Assembly (NCBI GenBank): GCA_018646625.1
Contig: JABGUJ010000001.1
Coordinates: 503,534 to 567,533 of the forward strand
Direction: 5' to 3'
From: Candidatus Woesearchaeota archaeon
GTDB taxonomy: Archaea; Nanobdellota; Nanobdellia; Woesearchaeales; JABGUJ01
DNA: 64,000 bases
Shown here piece after piece: positions 1 to 10,005 of the stretch. Made by a program: the position numbers and the translations under genes. Each line of letters opens with the position of its first letter. Positions within the stretch are counted from its first letter, which is position 1. Under the pieces are notes generated by a model. That model did not search any database and had not been told where the DNA came from. It saw only the letters and a program-made list of their open reading frames with translations.

Positions 1-14
1 AAAACCTTTATATA
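1..14 (+). promoter_or_regulatory. BRE/TATA-like promoter of the 41..1213 gene (probably leaderless mRNA)
   Basis: AAAACCTTTATATA about 30 nt upstream of the ATG at 41, with no Shine-Dalgarno sequence. Confidence 0.55.
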
Positions 15-40
15 CTTATCTGGGCGTCTAAACGATCACT

Positions 41-1213
41 ATGGGATTATGGAATGTGTTAACTGCGCCAGCCAGATTTGCTGCACACGTAGCAGGTGGA
101 GCTGCAAGCAGGGCAGGAAATCACATGACTGGTAACATAGCTGCCAACGCCGCATTAAGTAAAGCCCGATTTCAATTAAGGTCTTACGAGGGTAAAGAGC
201 TATTTGATTCTAAACAACTTGCAGCACACGTAAGGCAATTCAAGAAAGTTCTTCACATCATGATGAAACACTATGGTGGTGTTAATAAACATGGTGAGTC
301 TGATTATGTTCACAGTTTAATTGCTAAAGCTAAAGGAAATAGTGCTCTCTTAGAGAAACTTCAAGCTGAAGCAGTTGCAACATTCACTGGTTATTATCAT
401 AAACTATTAGAGATTATGTCTCAAGTAGAGATAGATCAAGCAGATTTAACACTTCAAGAGAATGCTGCATTGATTAAAGACGAGAAAGGGATGGGCAAAT
501 TAATTGCAGATTTAGATGGTGTAAGAAAGGGCGAACATTTGACGTTTAATGTGGCTGAATTCAGTGAAGTTTTAGACGCTCTGAAAAAAAAGGTTGGCGG
601 TCAAGAAGTTAAAGACGCCCGTGTTGAAATAAAAGAAAGAACCAGGTTTGAAAAAGGTAAAGATGCTGTTCGTGGTTGGGCCAGATTTGTCGGGCACGTT
701 AGAGGAATTAATTTTGTAGCTCACAAGGCACGCAAGTTAAGTAAACAAGTAATGACTCACGATTATAGAAAATTTCATCAACATTTTAACGAATTACAAT
801 CCGAGATAGGGGCTAAACAGGTTACCCCTGCAACTCTTACCAAATTAAAATTTTTATTGAAGAATTATGAAGGTGTGAGAAAATATTACCATGAAATTGA
901 TCAAGATATGATCTTAATCATGCAGCTCGTTTTTGAAGGATTTGATGAGCTCTCGAAAGAATGCGTTGTACCTCTATACACTGCTTTGAGGAGCGTTAAA
1001 GGCGCGGATAAGCTCCTTGAAGTTCATAAACAAGTACTTGCGCTTCACCAAAAATACAATACGGAACTAGCGAGAGAAGAATTTGAAATAAAGGCAGTAT
1101 ACAAAGCTTTGCAGGAACTAGTTGCCGAGTGTGAAACGGTTGTCACAAATGCGAGAAATGAGAATGCTGGTATTATTAAACAGGTTCAACAGCAAATGGC
1201 TGGCGCAACTTAA
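41..1213 (+). CDS. hypothetical all-helical/coiled-coil protein
   Basis: 390-aa ORF with a TATA box upstream; no motif recognised. Confidence 0.75.
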   Translation: MGLWNVLTAPARFAAHVAGGAASRAGNHMTGNIAANAALSKARFQLRSYEGKELFDSKQLAAHVRQFKKVLHIMMKHYGGVNKHGESDYVHSLIAKAKGNSALLEKLQAEAVATFTGYYHKLLEIMSQVEIDQADLTLQENAALIKDEKGMGKLIADLDGVRKGEHLTFNVAEFSEVLDALKKKVGGQEVKDARVEIKERTRFEKGKDAVRGWARFVGHVRGINFVAHKARKLSKQVMTHDYRKFHQHFNELQSEIGAKQVTPATLTKLKFLLKNYEGVRKYYHEIDQDMILIMQLVFEGFDELSKECVVPLYTALRSVKGADKLLEVHKQVLALHQKYNTELAREEFEIKAVYKALQELVAECETVVTNARNENAGIIKQVQQQMAGAT

Positions 1214-2655
1214 CTCTTTTCTTCTTCTCGTTTCTTTAACATATCTTCTTTAAACTTCTTATGTTTTTCTCGAGTTTGTCGTCTTTGTTCTTTCTCTTCG
1301 TCAGTTAACTTACGTCCTTTTGTACTTCCTTCTTCTCTAGGATTATTGGCGATTAATACTCTCAATTTAGAATACTGTGCTGGGTTCTTTATCTTCTTAC
1401 AAAGACCATCTGGTTTACAGAGTCCCAGATCAACATAATACATTTTATTATCGCAGTTAGGGGGCAAGATCTTTTTCTTCATTTGTTTATGATATCTTAT
1501 TTGCCCTTTCAACATAACTTCTCTTAGCTGATCGTCGTTCTTAGCATTCCATTTTTTCAGCATCTCATCAATTTGATCATACTCCCAACCTAAAGAAACT
1601 AAGAAGTTAACAAAAATGAACAAGAACCTTTTCTTACCATCAGGCATTCCTTGCATTGCGTGTTTAATGCATGGAGGAAAGAAATCTTCCGGAACTGCCG
1701 TCGAGGGAACAGAATACTCCTTCTCGTGGGTTATCTTATATTCTTCATCTTCTATTGCTGGTTTGAAGTCAAATGCTTGCTGAAACATTTTAGATGCTTC
1801 GCCTAGCTCAGCTACGCTTCTGTCTAAGTAGTCAAAGCTCGACGACGTTATAGTTCCAATCTTAGCTGTGGCTGTGTCGAACTCTAATATTTTACTTGGA
1901 TCAACAGGGATGGAAATCCATCCTGATTTTTCGTTTACAGAATAAACCATTCTACACAAATGTCTTGGTGAAATTAGTATTGTATCTATTTCAAGGAACA
2001 CAAACGGATTGAGCTCTCCTTCTTGAATTAGCTCTTCAGAGGGCTTGCCGGTCTTTTCAATTATGGTGCCTATTTGCTCACTTTCAAGTATTGCTTTACC
2101 TAATGGTTTTTTGATTAGATGTTTAAGATATTCTGCAACCCTTCTCGGGGCCTCAGGAAACATTTTTCGGGTATCTCGGCCGTTTATTTGCTCAGGAAAG
2201 GACTCAAATGGCACGCCCAGGTGAAAACCGTGATTACCTGAGAATTTAACTGATACAGCCTTTATACCTTGATATTTCAGAGCTTTGTATAGTAAATCTG
2301 CCGCCATTTGGCTGTATTCTAGCCATTTACAGTCTATATCCAAAACAAGATCCCAACCCTTTCTAATCTTCTCAACCTCACTTTTCTTCATTTCTGGGTC
2401 AAGTAGTAGTGGATTCTTCCATATCTCTTCACTAGAATGAAAGCTTGTAATGCCATTTTTCACCAATTCTAGTATATCTGCAGGATAATTTAGCACATCT
2501 GGGCGCCTGGCATAGCCCTTACCGCCATAGCTACCAACAACTTCCTTATCTACAGAATTGTCAAGAATTGCCTTTTGTACAAAATCTTGCCCGTAATGCT
2601 TCAGAAGGGCCTCTTTTGTTAATTTTTCAGGCTCCATTGGCTTCAAACACCCCAT
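1210..2655 (-). CDS. priSL: fused DNA primase small+large subunit (PriS-PriL), DPANN type
   Basis: WDLVLDID and KFSGNHGFH PriS motifs; C-terminal FPPCI...PPNC...C...C..IKNP Fe-S (PriL-CTD) motif. Confidence 0.92.
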   Translation of the reverse strand: MGCLKPMEPEKLTKEALLKHYGQDFVQKAILDNSVDKEVVGSYGGKGYARRPDVLNYPADILELVKNGITSFHSSEEIWKNPLLLDPEMKKSEVEKIRKGWDLVLDIDCKWLEYSQMAADLLYKALKYQGIKAVSVKFSGNHGFHLGVPFESFPEQINGRDTRKMFPEAPRRVAEYLKHLIKKPLGKAILESEQIGTIIEKTGKPSEELIQEGELNPFVFLEIDTILISPRHLCRMVYSVNEKSGWISIPVDPSKILEFDTATAKIGTITSSSFDYLDRSVAELGEASKMFQQAFDFKPAIEDEEYKITHEKEYSVPSTAVPEDFFPPCIKHAMQGMPDGKKRFLFIFVNFLVSLGWEYDQIDEMLKKWNAKNDDQLREVMLKGQIRYHKQMKKKILPPNCDNKMYYVDLGLCKPDGLCKKIKNPAQYSKLRVLIANNPREEGSTKGRKLTDEEKEQRRQTREKHKKFKEDMLKKREEEKS

Positions 2656-2721
2656 TTAGCCAGTAGAGTGGCTGTATATTTAATATTTTTTATAGCGTAT
2701 TTCGACTAAATATCTTTGCTT

Positions 2722-4060
2722 AACTCTCACTTATTGCTTATTTTCATGACTTTTTTAGCACTTTTCTAGCTCACTATGTGTATTTCATCAAAAAGTGAGA
2801 GTTCGTCAATATATTTTCAATATTGAAAAGAATAAAATGAGCGCCTATTTTGCGGAAAAGTGAGTATGGGGCCTAGATGTGCGGATATCTTAGAAAAAGT
2901 GTTGAAATGGCTTATTTTGACGTTTAAGCCTACTTCTCGTTAAGAATTAAGATCTGTTTATCGGCTACTTGTGCGTAGCTTACTTGCCCTTTTAGCTTCA
3001 TTTCCTTCAAGTAGCTGAAAAAAGACGTTCTACCGCACAAATTCTTCTCGAGTACGACTATTTCCTCTATATCGCTTGTAGAGTACTTCCCATCCTTCAA
3101 AAGAGCCTCAATCTCCTTTATAATGAATTTTTTCCTATTTGGACGTATCCTTTGGAGTATTTTACGCTCAAAGATGTTAGAACGCTCTTCTTCAGGCTTT
3201 TGATATGTTTGAACGGGAATTGAGAATTTTGGCGTTACAGGGGCTGAAAGCTCTGTTTTGGCAGGTTTTGCCTCTTCTAAAATGCCTATTCTGCTCTTGA
3301 TCGAGGAACTCTCACTTTTGGCCTCTTCCATGCACGAAATTGCAGTTCTTAAATCAGCCTTCAGAGCCTCTAAATCGCCCAAAATCGCCTTTTCGCGGTT
3401 TTTTTGCTCACTCTGAACTCTATTAAAGTGGTCTATCCACTGCTTAAGATTCACGATATCTTGTTTTGATAGTAATTTCTGCTGATTATGTTGGAAAGTG
3501 AGAGTTCGATGGCTGTTTTCTAGCCTTTTGTGATTATTATACACGAAATTCATCCAACTAACTAGATTAGAAATGTTATTTTGTTGCTGATTCAAGACGT
3601 TTTTTTGGTCATCTACATCGTTTCTGACTCTTAAAAACGCTTCTTTTATCAGATTCTTGAGGTCTGAGCCCCTTTCCTTATTTCGCCTTATTAGTGCTTT
3701 TAATACCATTTTAACTAGTTTTGAGACTTTTTTGTCACATATTTATCGAAAAGTGAGCGTTTTTATGATGTTTTTGGCTCATTATCTTTGATTTTAAGTG
3801 TGATGTGTGTTTTTACCCTTATTTCTTCTGAAAGTGAGGGTTCGCTTGGAACTTTTATTGATTGGGAGCTAAGGGGTCTTTGCAGACCCCTGCTTTTTGG
3901 TTTATTTTTAAATAATATGCGTAAAGTGAGAGTTAAGGTGAATTTCAGGTGCTCTTTTAAAAGATGCACCTGTGTGACTATGATCTGGATTATTTACTGT
4001 AGAATTCTCGATAAATGTCCTTTTTTCTTCGACTTTGTGTTCCATTTTTCGAAAAGTGAG
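2722..4060. repeat. dispersed short repeats, consensus AAAGTGAG(A/G)GTT, about 8-10 copies in both orientations
   Basis: copies near 2722(rc), 2791, 2855, 3306(rc), 3494, 3748, 3830, 3923, 4051. Confidence 0.75.
2930..3709 (-). CDS. coiled-coil protein with C-terminal winged-helix-like DNA-binding domain
   Basis: long heptad region, then IKEIEALLKDGKYSTSDIEEIVVLEKNLCGRTSFFSYLKEMKLKGQV (wHTH pattern). Confidence 0.7.
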   Translation of the reverse strand: MVLKALIRRNKERGSDLKNLIKEAFLRVRNDVDDQKNVLNQQQNNISNLVSWMNFVYNNHKRLENSHRTLTFQHNQQKLLSKQDIVNLKQWIDHFNRVQSEQKNREKAILGDLEALKADLRTAISCMEEAKSESSSIKSRIGILEEAKPAKTELSAPVTPKFSIPVQTYQKPEEERSNIFERKILQRIRPNRKKFIIKEIEALLKDGKYSTSDIEEIVVLEKNLCGRTSFFSYLKEMKLKGQVSYAQVADKQILILNEK

Positions 4061-4135
4061 TTTTGGCATTTTGGCCTAATTTCTACTTTTTATGAATTGC
4101 TAACTATTTATAATTTTCGCTTAAAAGTCTCTATT

Positions 4136-4310
4136 TTAGGTTCGGACTTGGGTTCGAACCTAAGTCCGAACTAGGTTCGAACTGAACTTGGCTGAACTTG
4201 AACGTCGAATTCGGGTGTTTTGGCGTCTCTCCGTCTATAATCTAAATTCGCTTAGGTTCAAGTCCGAACTGAACTCCGAACTTGGTTCGTACTAAACCCC
4301 GAACCTAGTT
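4136..4310. repeat. cluster of GTTCG/CGAAC palindromic and direct repeats
   Basis: TTAGGTTCGGACTTGGGTTCGAACCTAAGTCCGAACTAGGTTCGAACTGAAC... and TTAGGTTCAAGTCCGAACTGAACTCCGAACTTGGTTCG...CCGAACCTAG. Confidence 0.8.
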
Positions 4311-4829
4311 AATAAAAGTCACGTCATCAAAGAAACACGAAGTCGCTAGAAAAATTTCGGGAGGGGAGTTTACAAAGCAGTTTGAAGATCTCAGAAGCAC
4401 GATTTAATAATTTCCGAGAAAACTACATTTTTTCCGAGGAAATTGAAAATTCTTAGTTCGGTTGAATTCAAATCCAAATTAACATTCTCTTTATTTTTAT
4501 TAATTAAAAGCTCTTAATTCGTAGTTGAACCTTGGCTTCCTCAGAACATTTTCGGTACTTTTTCAAGACTAAAATCTGAAGACCTTCCGGGATCTTTTCC
4601 GGGTTTTCGGAATTAATTTAATTGCAAAAATTGCTTTAGATCAATTCTGCTAAAAGAATTTAAGAAATGCCGTATTTCTTACGGGTTGAACTCTCTAAGG
4701 TGATTTTGGCTGAAATAGATCTACTAATTTTATGGTGCCTAAATAAATGACAGGCCGCCTTGACTACTTGCGGGTGACTAAAAACGCCAAATTTATATAC
4801 TTCCTTAAGTATTGAGGTGTGCGAAGATA

Positions 4830-5753
4830 ATGAACAGAAGAGAATTCGGGATAGTTGCTGCCGCTATTCTGTTATTCGGATCTAAAGGATGCAAAAAACC
4901 AGATAAACAAGTAGAGAAAGAAGTACTTGATGACTTTCTTGATCCTTCTAAAGGTACAATCGTTAATAGAAAAGGGATTGAAAACACATTATTCGATATT
5001 ACTCGAAAAACTGAATCAAACGGCCGAGACATAACGGTGGGAAGAGCAACACATCTCGGCGGAAACTATTTTCTAACTGCTGCTCATGTTGTAGATGAAT
5101 ATTTCTCAAGTATGAGAGTTACACCACAATGGAGGAGAGGCTATCTTATGAATCAATCTGGTTCTTTTACGGTAGTTGAATATGATGAGAAAAATGACCT
5201 TGCATTATTAAAGTCAGAACATGATGTAGGGGACGGAGATGCAAAAATACATCTTAGTCCACATATTCCTAAACTAGGGGATGACATATCTACGTTTCTA
5301 AGATTGGTGGGTGCTCCTTCCCGCGAGGATTATAATCAAATAATTAATGGTCTGGACTTCTTCGATAAATCTAAATCTGCAAATGCGCTTGGGAGAATAC
5401 TGCTTCCCGCAAATTCTCTTCTTCTTGAAAAGAGAGGACAAGTTTTAGAATATCGTCAAGATATGTTTGCAGAGGTGGATGGGAGAAAGAAATTAATTCC
5501 AGGATCTGAATTATTCACTTCAAATATGTCGTATGATGGAGAAAGCGGAGGGCCTGTCTATCACAGAATTGGGACTAATGATTATCTCTTTGCAGGAATA
5601 CTCACAGGAGGCCTAGGTATAAAACACGAAATAAAAACACCTAATAACCCTCTAGGATATGAAACAATGCAACAAACAGGTACATTCTTCACACACAGAG
5701 ACCGAGTAGAGGAGCTGGTGAGAAGATACATTACTAGATCTCTAACCAATTAG
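4830..5753 (+). CDS. trypsin-like (S1) serine protease, probable lipoprotein
   Basis: LTAAHVV (His), DLALLK (Asp), GESGGP (Ser); N-terminus MNRREF...GSKGC; GAGGTG SD before the ATG at 4830. Confidence 0.85.
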   Translation: MNRREFGIVAAAILLFGSKGCKKPDKQVEKEVLDDFLDPSKGTIVNRKGIENTLFDITRKTESNGRDITVGRATHLGGNYFLTAAHVVDEYFSSMRVTPQWRRGYLMNQSGSFTVVEYDEKNDLALLKSEHDVGDGDAKIHLSPHIPKLGDDISTFLRLVGAPSREDYNQIINGLDFFDKSKSANALGRILLPANSLLLEKRGQVLEYRQDMFAEVDGRKKLIPGSELFTSNMSYDGESGGPVYHRIGTNDYLFAGILTGGLGIKHEIKTPNNPLGYETMQQTGTFFTHRDRVEELVRRYITRSLTN

Positions 5754-5810
5754 AAACTCTTAAAAACTAATATTCTATCCAGCTTCCAATACAAAAGGGG
5801 GTAAACTAAA

Positions 5811-5990
5811 ATGGCTCATAAACTTGAAGGAAATAAACTGACAATAGAGTTAGATCTAAATAGTGAAAAACTATCGAAATCTGAGAAAACAGTCATGCTA
5901 GCAACATCTGGCGGATTTGTTTGGGAAGGAGATATAGGCATCTCATACAACATTGTTAGAAAGAAGGAAAATGTTTCAAAATCAGATTAA
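5811..5990 (+). CDS. small protein (59 aa), missed by the ORF track
   Basis: manual translation MAHKLEGNKLTIELDLNSEKLSKSEKTVMLATSGGFVWEGDIGISYNIVRKKENVSKSD; GGGGGT SD-like site; overlaps the htpX start. Confidence 0.65.
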   Translation: MAHKLEGNKLTIELDLNSEKLSKSEKTVMLATSGGFVWEGDIGISYNIVRKKENVSKSD

Positions 5991-6822
5991 AACAGTGGTG
6001 CTCCTTGGAGCACTTTCTGGTTTACTTCTAGTAGTAGGTAACCTACTTGGAGGAATGAATGGATTGATCATTGCTTTCGTAATAGCGATAGGAATCAATT
6101 TCTTTTCATACTGGTATTCTGATAAACTAGTACTAAAGATGTACAAAGCTAAACCCATCACAGAATCACAATCACCTAAACTTTTTGCAATAGTAAAGGG
6201 ACTATCCAAGAAAGCAAAAATTCCTATGCCTAAAGTTTACATCATCCCAACGAATAATCCTAATGCCTTTGCAACTGGAAGAAATCCTGAACATGCCGCA
6301 GTAGCGTGCACTCAAGGAATACTACAAATGTTGGATAAAGATGAGCTTACAGGAGTAATCGCTCACGAACTTTCTCATATCAAACACAGGGATATTTTGA
6401 TCTCATCAGTGGCCGCAACCATTGCAACAGTTATTGCATTCGTTGCATCAATGGCAAGATTCGCTGCACTTTTTGGTGGCTTTGGCGGAAGAGATAATGA
6501 TAACTCTGGCTTCATTTACATAATCGTTCTAGGAATCTTAACACCAATCATTGCAACAGTTTTACAATTAGCCATATCAAGATCAAGAGAATACTTAGCT
6601 GATGAAGGTGCAGCAAAAATAACAAAGAAACCAAAAGCGCTTGCATCCGCATTGCAAAAATTAGAATCTGGTGCAAAGCACAATCCTTTGAGATTTGGTA
6701 ATCCAACTACATCAAACATATTCATATCAAACCCATTTAGAGCTGGCGGAATGATGAAACTTTTCAGCACTCATCCACCAACTGCTGAAAGAGTAAAAAG
6801 ATTAGAAAATCTAAAAATTTAA
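5971..6822 (+). CDS. htpX: zinc metalloprotease HtpX (M48)
   Basis: PNAFATG, AHELSH, SRSREYLAD and STHPPTAERV motifs. Confidence 0.95.
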   Translation: MFQNQIKTVVLLGALSGLLLVVGNLLGGMNGLIIAFVIAIGINFFSYWYSDKLVLKMYKAKPITESQSPKLFAIVKGLSKKAKIPMPKVYIIPTNNPNAFATGRNPEHAAVACTQGILQMLDKDELTGVIAHELSHIKHRDILISSVAATIATVIAFVASMARFAALFGGFGGRDNDNSGFIYIIVLGILTPIIATVLQLAISRSREYLADEGAAKITKKPKALASALQKLESGAKHNPLRFGNPTTSNIFISNPFRAGGMMKLFSTHPPTAERVKRLENLKI

Positions 6823-7631
6823 CTAACTAAATTGGCAAGCCTTCTATTGCCAAGTTCTGTTTCAATCATTTTCTTATATCCTGTAACAGGGGCCCTAAAA
6901 TTTCTAAAGCCCTGCAACCATTTTTGATGATTGGTTTCAACTAATTCTAAAGATCTATATGCTTTCACCATTGCAGAAATTCTTTCCGGGCTACCTTCTG
7001 GGTGTTTCCTAGAATACATAAAGTAACATCGCGCCGCATCATACTGTGCCCTGCCGGCATGATAATCTGTCCGTTTGATATCGGGAAACATTTTCACATA
7101 ATGTTCAAAGATTTGTGCTGCCTTAATCAGATCCTTTTTCTTACCATTAGTACCATGAACATAATCTCTGCCTGTATCATATACTTCAAAGTATTCCATA
7201 CCTTTTAACTCATATCCTACCATAGAATCTAATGCTTGTTCAACACGTTGTCCCAAAGCAGCATGAGCACCAACAATTCCATCACCAAGATTTGATAATG
7301 CTCCAGTTACAATATCATCTAATTCAAAAGAACCAACAGCATCTGAACCTTGATCTAAAACCTTAGGTTCATCTGCAATCTGAAGAATTTGCTTCGCGGG
7401 ATCAACCAAATGAGTATTTATCTCATCTTGATAATGCCAGGCTAAGATAGCTAAACCAACTGTGGCAACCACACCCAGCATAAAGCCGCGCTTTATTCCA
7501 TTCCTATATGTTTCTCTGGCGGTTCGGCCATACTCTGATCTAGTACGCATGTGCCGAATCCCATTTCTTCTGCCTAAAAAAGTCATGAAGCTATCACATA
7601 TTTTAGAACCCAAAAACGGCCCTTTAGTCAA
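6819..7631 (-). CDS. hypothetical membrane-anchored protein with helical (TPR-like) C-terminus
   Basis: one TM (FMLGVVATVGLAILAW); AAQIFEHYVKMFP...AGRAQYDAARCY resembles a TPR. Confidence 0.6.
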   Translation of the reverse strand: MTKGPFLGSKICDSFMTFLGRRNGIRHMRTRSEYGRTARETYRNGIKRGFMLGVVATVGLAILAWHYQDEINTHLVDPAKQILQIADEPKVLDQGSDAVGSFELDDIVTGALSNLGDGIVGAHAALGQRVEQALDSMVGYELKGMEYFEVYDTGRDYVHGTNGKKKDLIKAAQIFEHYVKMFPDIKRTDYHAGRAQYDAARCYFMYSRKHPEGSPERISAMVKAYRSLELVETNHQKWLQGFRNFRAPVTGYKKMIETELGNRRLANLVS

Positions 7632-7672
7632 GCACCCCTTTTCAAGAAATATACCAACAATACTATATAAAA

Positions 7673-9898
7673 CTAACTAGAATACGATTCAGTCAAAACT
7701 CTCTGGATTTCCTTGGCTTTCTTTTCCCCTATCTTGTCAACTTCTTTTAATTCATCCAAGTTCGCATTTGCTATATTTTTGATTGAACCCAGTTTCTTCA
7801 ATAATGGCTTGGCCAAAGTAGGTCCAACACCTGGTAATGAACTCACCACATATTCTTGAACCTCTGCCAAATTCTCTGGTTTATCCAGGTGCGGATTAAA
7901 CTCTCCACTTGATCGTTCCATCTCCCGTTTTGCAATTATAGCCAGCAAACTTGCGGTCTCTTTATGACTTTTAGTTTGAAGTATTGGCACACCATAACTG
8001 ATAGTAATTGTTGCCAGCATACCTTTGATTGCGTTGGGGTGGATGTTTCTTTGAGTGTACATATCTTCGCTACCTTCAATTATTATCAAAGGTCTTTGGA
8101 AAGTATTCTTTAGTTCGCGAACCTGTACAAGCAGTCTATTGTCCAAAATCGAGCTCACGAAGTCAGGTACGGACTTGAATTCAACTCCGCACCTTGATGA
8201 TAATTTATAATCTCCAACCTTCAGCCTTCCTAGATTTATCTTGACCCCATTGTCAATTAATTCCTTAATTACTTGGCTACCTTTTTCTCTATCATCAACT
8301 GTTAGCTCAATCTGCTCACTGCTTGATATGAAATTGTTCAAGCTCATATTTCCTTTAGGAGTTTCATTAACTTCTGATCTTGTACCCAACTTCATCTTTT
8401 TCTTCAACAAATCCAGAGTTCTATACATACTCTTTTCCTTGTGATGAGCACTCCATCTATATCCTTCATCTCTAGTTCCTTCGGCCATCAAAACAACCAC
8501 TCTGCCCTTTTCCAGCCTGCCAGTTCTACCCCTTCTTTGAATACTTCGAATCACGCTTGGTACTGGTTCATAAAATATCACAGCATCCACTTTAGGAATA
8601 TCTAAACCTTCTTCCGCCACACTGCTTGCACAAAGTACATTGATTTCTCCATTCCTGAATTCATCCAGAATCTGCTTTTGCTCTTTTTGGCTTAAACCTT
8701 GGCCATTCTTTTTGGCCTGCCCAACAAAGATTTTGGCCTTAACTTCATCTATTTCTGAAAGAGTTTCATGGATCTTCACAATAGTATCACGAAACTGAGA
8801 AAACACAATTATCTTGCTTTTTCCATTCAAATGTTTTTGGACAACATCTTTCAACAAACCCATTTTTGGATGTTCAACATTAGCATCCACCATGTGTTGT
8901 ATTCTGACTTGCGCACTTTGAAAATCAGGATCTGCTATTAGATTCTTTACTGCTTTCACAGTTCCAGTGCTTGCGTCTCCAACCAACTTTTCCATATATC
9001 TCTGCAATGGTTGAATCCCTTGAGATTCCAAAAGCTCAATCGCATGTTGAACTTTTAATGCTTCAGCAGCTAATGAAACACACTCAAAAATCTCAGTACT
9101 TCTATCCCCTTGTGCAATATCTCCCTGAAATCTGCGCTGTAGTTTAAGAAGTTCAGTCTTGCTGAAGTTCTGAACTTGGTACGAACTTAGAAACCCTCTT
9201 TGTTTAATCATTAATAATTTGTTCTTGTAACACGTTTTCAAAAAAACTAAAGTGGACTTGAATGATTCAGGCAGCTTAACTTTTAACCAATCAACCTTCG
9301 TTTCTTTGATGTATGGCTTAACATCAGGATCTTGGTTTGTCTTTACTTCTATTTCTTCAATATGCAAATTTTGACAAACTTCATTTATCTTTTCCAGATC
9401 ACTTCCAGGTGATGCGGTCAATGCTAGAATCTTTGGATACCTGGCAACTTTCTCATATTGTTTAGCCAACCAAACATATGCATATTCGCCAGTAGCTCTA
9501 TGTGCTTCATCAAATATTATCAATGAGACATCCTTCAAATCTATCCTGCTAGATATAACATCATTTTCCAAACCTTGTGGTGTTGAAAAAATAAGCTGAG
9601 ATTTCTTAAACAACTCCTGTCTTTTTGCGGGCGCAACATTTCCTGTAAACAATATCATCTTTTCATGGTCAAAATCAAGATGCTGTTTAAACGTAGAAAG
9701 GTGTTGTTCAACTAGCGGCTTTGTTGGTGCCAGAAACATAATCTTAGAATCAGGATATTGTGATAATCTTTTTGCCACTAACATTATTGCAACATTTGTT
9801 TTACCTAGCCCCGTTGGTAGAACAACCAAAGTATTGCTCATGCTGGCCTTTGCCAATATCGTTTGCTGATATAATCGCGGCTCGAAATTTTTAATCAT
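7673..9898 (-). CDS. hef: Hef: SF2 DEAH helicase fused to ERCC4/XPF nuclease and HhH
   Basis: PTGLGKT, DEAH, TASPG, QRRGRTGR; VDDRE...GDY...VEFK; HhH motifs LPGVG and IGEKKA. Confidence 0.95.
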   Translation of the reverse strand: MIKNFEPRLYQQTILAKASMSNTLVVLPTGLGKTNVAIMLVAKRLSQYPDSKIMFLAPTKPLVEQHLSTFKQHLDFDHEKMILFTGNVAPAKRQELFKKSQLIFSTPQGLENDVISSRIDLKDVSLIIFDEAHRATGEYAYVWLAKQYEKVARYPKILALTASPGSDLEKINEVCQNLHIEEIEVKTNQDPDVKPYIKETKVDWLKVKLPESFKSTLVFLKTCYKNKLLMIKQRGFLSSYQVQNFSKTELLKLQRRFQGDIAQGDRSTEIFECVSLAAEALKVQHAIELLESQGIQPLQRYMEKLVGDASTGTVKAVKNLIADPDFQSAQVRIQHMVDANVEHPKMGLLKDVVQKHLNGKSKIIVFSQFRDTIVKIHETLSEIDEVKAKIFVGQAKKNGQGLSQKEQKQILDEFRNGEINVLCASSVAEEGLDIPKVDAVIFYEPVPSVIRSIQRRGRTGRLEKGRVVVLMAEGTRDEGYRWSAHHKEKSMYRTLDLLKKKMKLGTRSEVNETPKGNMSLNNFISSSEQIELTVDDREKGSQVIKELIDNGVKINLGRLKVGDYKLSSRCGVEFKSVPDFVSSILDNRLLVQVRELKNTFQRPLIIIEGSEDMYTQRNIHPNAIKGMLATITISYGVPILQTKSHKETASLLAIIAKREMERSSGEFNPHLDKPENLAEVQEYVVSSLPGVGPTLAKPLLKKLGSIKNIANANLDELKEVDKIGEKKAKEIQRVLTESYSS

Positions 9899-10005
9899 CG
9901 CTTATTCATCGTTGGCTTTATTTAAATAGCTTCTTTCCTCACATGTCCAGTGACCAGTGACCTTCAAACAAAGCATTTAAATAAAACATAGTGCCTAAGC
10001 ATCGC

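Noticed and set aside
3763..4174. ORFs 3763..3969(-) and 3788..4174(+)
   Set aside because: Atypical composition, TTG/GTG starts without SD, overlapping a repeat-rich region; likely spurious
4136..4200. tRNA suggested by GGTTCGAAC T-loop-like motifs
   Set aside because: No acceptor stem, D-arm or anticodon arm can be built
2722..4310. CRISPR array
   Set aside because: Repeats are short, irregularly spaced and in both orientations; no constant repeat-spacer period and no cas genes
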